Program-made: the position numbers and the translations under genes
Notes under the pieces: generated by a model
What the model was told of the DNA's origin: nothing
Seen by the model: the letters and a program-made list of their open reading frames with translations, nothing else
Database searches by the model: none
Part shown: in pieces, positions 58,890 to 64,000 of the stretch
How positions within the stretch are numbered: position 1 is the stretch's first letter
Layout of the letters: each line of letters begins with the position of its first letter
From: an uncultured Gemmatimonadaceae bacterium
GTDB taxonomy: Bacteria > Gemmatimonadota > Gemmatimonadetes > Gemmatimonadales > Gemmatimonadaceae
Reading direction: 5' to 3'
Length of the DNA stretch: 64,000 nucleotides
Assembly: GCA_963716745.1 (NCBI GenBank)
Contig: OY970320.1
Coordinates: 768,001 to 832,000 of the forward strand

Positions 58890-61800
58890 ATGAAGTCTCT
58901 TCGTACTCTCGCGTACGGCGTAACTCTCCTCGCCGCGACATCGCTCGCAGGCCAAGGAACCAGTCCGTCAACTCTGGCGCCCGCCATTAAGGTACCGAAT
59001 GATCGGCCCCTTCCGCGGCGGACGCACGAAGAGTGCGACGGGCGTGCCGAGCCAGCACGGCGTCTTCTATATCGGCGCGGTGAATGGCGGCGTGTGGCGG
59101 AGCAATGACTTCGGCCGCACCTGGGTGTCGCTCTTCGATGCGCAGTCGTCGAGCTCGATCGGTGCGCTCGAAGTTGCCCTCTCGGATCCGAATGTCATCT
59201 ACGTCGGCATCCGGCGAAGGGCTGCAGCGGCCCGATCTCTCCACGGGCGACGGGATGTACAAGTCAACCGACGCCGGAAAGACGTGGACGCATCTCGGAC
59301 TCCGCGACGGCTGGCAGATCGCGCGCATCGCGATCGATCCGCAGGACGCCAACCGGCTCTTCGTCGCGGTGCTCGGCCATCCGTACGGCGCGAACGCCGA
59401 GCGTGGCATCTATCGCAGCACGAACGGCGGACAGTCCTTCGAGAAAGTGCTGTTCAAGGACGAGAACACCGGCGGCGTCGACGTGCAATTCTCGGCGAAC
59501 GATCCCAACACGGTGTACGCGGTGCTCTGGGAGAATCGCCTCGCGCCGTGGGAGAACGGCGAATTCCACGGCCCCGGCAGCGGGCTCTACAAGAGCACGG
59601 ATGGCGGCACCACGTGGAAGCAGCTCACGAAAGGTCTGTTCACGCCCGCCGAAGGGCTCACGCGCATCCAGATCGCGCCGGCGCCGAGCGACCCCAATCG
59701 CCTCTACGCGAACATGAACGCCGACTCCGGTTCACTCGGCGGCGTGTATCGCAGCGACGACGCCGGCGAGTCGTGGACGCGCGCCACGGGCGACGAACGC
59801 ATCTGGGGACGCGGCGACGATTTCACGCCGCTCACCGTGGATCCGAAGAACGCCGACATCGTGCTACTCGACGAATGTCGTCACGTGGAAATCCACCGAC
59901 GGCGGCAAGACGTGGCATTCGCTGCGCGGCGCGCCGGGCGGCGATGACTATCAGCGCCTCTGGATCGATCCGAACGACACGAAGACGATGCTCCTCGTGA
60001 GCGACCAGGGCGGCGTCGTCACGGTGAATGGCGGCGAGACGTGGAGCTCGTGGTACAATCAGCCCACGGCGCAGTTCTATCACGTGACGGCCGACAATGC
60101 GTGGCCCTATCGCCTGTGCGGCGGACAGCAGGAGTCGGGCTCCGCGTGCGTGAAGAGCCGCGGCGATTTCGGCGCGATCGATTATCGCGACTGGACGCCG
60201 GTGGGCACGGAGGAATACGGCTACGTCGCGCCGGATCCGCTCGACCCCGACATCCTCTACGGCGACAAGGTGGAGAAGTTCGACCGTCGCACGGGCCAGA
60301 CGCGCGAGCGTCACGCCCAACGTGATCCGCCGCGGGCCCGCCGCGCCGGCGACGAAGGGCGAGGCGCCGTACCGCGTGATCCGCACCGAGCCGATCATGT
60401 TCAGCCCGACCAATCCGCACAAATTGTATTTCGCGAGCAACGTGGTGTGGCAGACGGTGAACGGCGGCCAGAGTTGGACTGCGATCAGCGGAGACCTCTC
60501 GCGCGAGAAGTGGGACGTGCCGGCGAACGTCGGCGTATACACGGGCTCGAAGGCGCGCGATGCCGACGCGCCGCGGCGTCGTCTATGCGCTCGCGCCGAG
60601 TCCGGTGGACAGCAATACCATCTGGGCGGGCACCGATGACGGGCTCATCTGGGTCACGCGCAACAATGGCAAGCTCGTGGAGCAACGTGACGCCGCCGCA
60701 GCTCGTGCCGTGGGCGAAGGTGAGCATCATCGACGCGAGCCACTTCGATGCGAACGAAGCGTACGCGGCGGTGAACACGATCCGGCTCAACGAACAGAAG
60801 CCGCACATCTATCGCACGAAGGATGGCGGCAGAAACTGGACGGAGATCGTGACCGGCATGGCCGATGACGCCAGCACGAACGTCGTGCGCGAGGACACCA
60901 AGCGCCGCGGGCTGCTCTTCGCCGGCACGGAGTCGCAGGTCTGGTATTCGCTGGACGACGGCGATCATTGGGCCGGCCTGCGGCTCAACATGCCGGCGCA
61001 ATCCGTTCGCGATCTGATCATCAAGGACAACGATCTCGCGATTGCGTCGCACGGACGCGGCTTCTGGATCCTGGACGACATCTCGCCGCTGCGGCAGTGG
61101 ACCACTCCACCGGCAACGATGCTCTTCAAGCCGGAGGCCGCCACGCGCGTGCGCTACTCGATGTACACCGACACGCCGATGCCGCCGGACGAGCCGAGCG
61201 CGGAGAATCCGCCGGACGGCGCGATCATCGATTACTACCTGGCCGACGGCGCGAAGGGCGAGGTCACGCTCGACATTGTGAACAGCGCCGGCCGCACGGT
61301 GCGGCACTATTCGTCGAACGACAAATTCCCCGCCCCGGCCGACGTCGGCAATTGGCCCTGGTATTGGTTCCGCCCGCTCTCGCCCCTCGGCACGTCGGCC
61401 GGACTCAACCGCTACGTGTGGGACCTGAAATTCGCGCCGCCGCCGCTCAAGGATTTCTCCCTCCCGATCTCGGCGATCCCGCGGAACACCCTGCGCGATC
61501 CGCAGGGACCGTGGGCGCTGCCGGGGGTCTACACCGCAGCGCTCACCGTGGACGGCCACAAGTATTCGCAGTCATTCACCGTGCGAATGGATCCGCGCGT
61601 GAAGACGCCGGCAGCGGGGATCAAGCAGCAGTACGACCTGTCGGTCGCGTTGTATGACAACGTGCGCTCGAGCGCGGAGATCATCGCGCAGATCGCCGAT
61701 CTGCGCGGTCAGCTCACCGACCGTCGAACGAAGGCGACCGGTGCGACCGCTACGGCGATCGATTCGCTGAACGCCAAGCTGGGCGCGTTGGTGACCGGGC

Positions 61801-62081
61801 GCGCGCCGACCATGACGAGCGTGCAAGGCGGAATGCTGGCGGTGTACGGCGTGTTGCAGCACGCGGATATCACACCCACGACGCAAGTCGTGGCGGCTGC
61901 GCGTGAACAGGCGACGGCGTTCGCGGGACTCAAGTCCAAGTGGATGGGAATGGCGTCGGCCGATCTTGTGGCGATCAATGCACAGCTGACGGCGGCGGGG
62001 CTAGAGGCGGTGAAAGTCTCGGCGGTGAATCTCGACAATGTCCCGCGTGAACCGGAAGGCGGGGACGACGACGAACCCTAA
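58890..62081 (+). CDS. Secreted VPS10/BNR-repeat (sialidase-like beta-propeller) protein; several frameshifts
   Basis: IGPFRGGR start, repeated SxDxGxTW BNR boxes, QFYHV, HGRGFWILDD, DPRV. Confidence 0.88.
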
Positions 62082-62114
62082 ACTACCGGGAACCGATCTC
62101 CGGGAACCGTTGAG

Positions 62115-62144
62115 GCGTGACAACAGATCGCGAACTGTTGTCAC
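62115..62144. terminator. Hairpin between convergent genes
   Basis: GCGTGACAACAG-ATCGCGAA-CTGTTGTCACGC. Confidence 0.45.
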
Positions 62145-62149
62145 GCGCC

Positions 62150-62727
62150 CTACGCGTCTCGTCGTACAGCGACGATCGCGCGCACGATCGTGATCTCCAT
62201 CGCCAGCGGCACCAGCACGGCGATGAGATAGAACTGTCCGTTCGCGGACACGGGCTTATCCACGAGATCCATGCCGACGAGCCAGAGAATCGAAGCGACC
62301 ATGAGCCCCAGCGCCCACAGCGCCGCTTCACTTCCCTCATAAATCTTCTTCACGATGAATCCCATGAATACGAAGAACACCAGCAGAATGACCCAGATCA
62401 TGATCTCGCGCGACATGAAACTAAACTCGTGCGACGATGAGATAGCCTGCGGCGCATGCGAGGAGCCCCACGACAGCACCGCACACGATCGCGGCTTCGC
62501 GGCAGCGCTTCACGGCGTCAGATCCCATCTCCTGCGCCGACGACATTGACGCGAGCGGCACGATCCCCACAGGAGCCCACGGAATGCCACGTCGCTCGCA
62601 TTCCGCACAGAGCGCGATCCAGGCATCGCGGGAGTAATCGAGCGGGCCGAGGGCGACGGCTTGGCGGAGTTCGTCGAGCTGGTAGCCTGCGTAGAGGCGG
62701 GTGAGTTCTTCGGGGGTAGAGTGGCAT
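62150..62727 (-). CDS. Membrane protein, frameshifted; N-terminal half missing from the ORF track
   Basis: Open frame TPEELTRLYAGYQLDELRQAV..ECERRGI..IVCGAVVGLLACAAGYLIV (about 62715-62422) leads into the TM ORF 62150-62416. Confidence 0.6.
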
Positions 62728-62767
62728 TGACTCGAGTGGCGAGAGACTCGTCACCAGGACGGGCAGG

Positions 62768-62948
62768 CTGCAGTGATCAGTAAACAGTCACGAGTGACTG
62801 CCAGTCGACAGTCTACAGTCAACAGGTCACAGAAAACTGATCCAGATCGGGCTCAGCTCTACTATCCGAATCATGATCCGTGTTCTGTTGACTGTAGACT
62901 GTTGACTGTAGACTGGCAGTCACTCGTGACTGTTTACTGTTGACTGCA
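62768..62948. repeat. Family A inverted repeat, copy 7
   Basis: CAGTAAACAGTCACGAGTGACTGCCAGTCGACAG ... CTGGCAGTCACTCGTGACTGTTTACTGTTGACTGCA. Confidence 0.92.
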
Positions 62949-62962
62949 ACGTTGAAATGCAC

Positions 62963-63565
62963 TTATAGCCCACGCCGTTCTTTATCCGCCTCCGTCCCAA
63001 GCTTGAGAAATATCCACGCATGCGTCGCCAACAATATCGGCACCAATACCGTCGGCACCAAACTCATCGGGAACACTAATAATCCCGCCATCGCATCCGG
63101 TGCCGCCATCGCCAATCGCGCGGCATTCGCGATCACGAATAACAGATCGATGAGCCCCACAAGATTCCACGCATGATACAGCTTGTGTCGCGCGCTCGAC
63201 GTCACGCCGCCGCCGAGCACGAGCCAGCCGGCGAAGATCCCGACCACGACATCACCCCAACCGGCCGGCACGCTGAACGCGGCGGGCAATCGTCCTTGCC
63301 GTCCCATCACGAGGAATACGACGCCCACCGCGAAGCGCGTGATGTGCAGCGCAACGAACGCGCGGGTATCCGTCGCGGCGACCCACTCGCGCAGCCATGT
63401 AGCCCACCGCTCCAGCGCGAGCAGGATCATCGCGAGTCCGATCACGATGAGTTGCGGCAGGGGCGGCTGCAGTGCGGCGACGCGTCCGCTCGCGCCGGCG
63501 GCGCCCGCCGCTACGAGCCAAATGAAGATCAGCGCGATCACACGCGTATTCGACGGTCTGTTCAT
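62963..63565 (-). CDS. Conserved multi-pass membrane protein
   Basis: LHITRF.VG..F..LP..F..PAGWGD..WNLVGLIDL..FPMSLVPT..VP; ATGA-coupled to the upstream gene. Confidence 0.8.
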   Translation of the reverse strand: MNRPSNTRVIALIFIWLVAAGAAGASGRVAALQPPLPQLIVIGLAMILLALERWATWLREWVAATDTRAFVALHITRFAVGVVFLVMGRQGRLPAAFSVPAGWGDVVVGIFAGWLVLGGGVTSSARHKLYHAWNLVGLIDLLFVIANAARLAMAAPDAMAGLLVFPMSLVPTVLVPILLATHAWIFLKLGTEADKERRGL

Positions 63566-64000
63566 GCGGCAACTCCATTCTTCTTGATGAATGCGGCAAG
63601 ACCTGCCGCCGCCTGCTGGCGGATCGCGCCCCGCACGAATGGCGTCCATCCGAGCAGCATGCCCTTGGCGCCGAGCGCCTGACGTGACCACCGGTAGAGA
63701 TCGAAACGGTCGACATGACGGATGATCCTGCCGCCGTTAAGAGCGAACTCGGCCTCGATCACATTGTGCACGGGGCGGCCGGTGGCGGTGAAGGTGTACC
63801 ACGCCTCCCAGTGCGCGGCGCCGGCAGTATCAGTGGCGGTGATCGCCGACGCCTCGATGCGCAGGTCCGCCGCGCGGCCGGCGAGCATGCGCCACATCGC
63901 GCCGATCCGCGCGCCCGAGAGATCCAGGAATACGGGATCGTAGAACGTGGCATCCGCCGCATACATCGCAGCCATCGCATTCGCATCTCGGCGCGCGAAG
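63562..64000 (-). CDS. SnoaL-like/NTF2 family protein (5' end outside the window)
   Basis: MAAMY..DATFYDPVF..MWRML..HWEA.YTF..TGRPVHNVI..IIRHVDRFD. Confidence 0.9.
   Translation of the reverse strand, partial: FARRDANAMAAMYAADATFYDPVFLDLSGARIGAMWRMLAGRAADLRIEASAITATDTAGAAHWEAWYTFTATGRPVHNVIEAEFALNGGRIIRHVDRFDLYRWSRQALGAKGMLLGWTPFVRGAIRQQAAAGLAAFIKKNGVAA

Overview
High-GC bacterial DNA, most likely Gemmatimonadota (inferred from the PadR plus duplicated-permease pairs, Hanks kinase, S9 peptidase and VPS10/BNR gene content). Many genes are split by single-base indels that look like long-read consensus errors. Layout: (1) 1-26.9 kb host genes, with long heptamer-periodic palindromes (family A) in many of the intergenic gaps. 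(2) About 26.9-38.9 kb a visibly lower-GC defence island next to a 5'-truncated ornithine cyclodeaminase gene. It holds Vsr, an Eco29kI-type GIY-YIG REase, a C5 methyltransferase and an HNH nuclease, plus an intact module of CBS-HEPN, wHTH, ParB-like, tandem PC4, MORC/GHKL ATPase, Mrr-SF2 helicase and an unknown protein. (3) 39-51.3 kb a cluster around a PafB/PafC-like WYL pair: a TM0106 nuclease-helicase, three paralogues sharing an unfamiliar Cys4 finger (two fused to YbjN), and a Zn-ribbon/TerB-like/J-domain protein. (4) 50.6-58.8 kb co-oriented genes, each separated by a heptamer palindrome (mostly family B), then host genes. Most striking hidden signal: six minus-strand promoters read TGTC(A/G)(C/G)-N10-(C/T/A)AnnnT (one with N9). 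This is the geometry of the actinobacterial PafBC (RecA-NDp) sigma-adaptation promoter, and five of the six lie in the WYL-pair neighbourhood, suggesting a PafBC-type regulon with uncharacterised effectors outside Actinobacteria. No rRNA, tRNA, CRISPR array, integrase or transposase was recognised.
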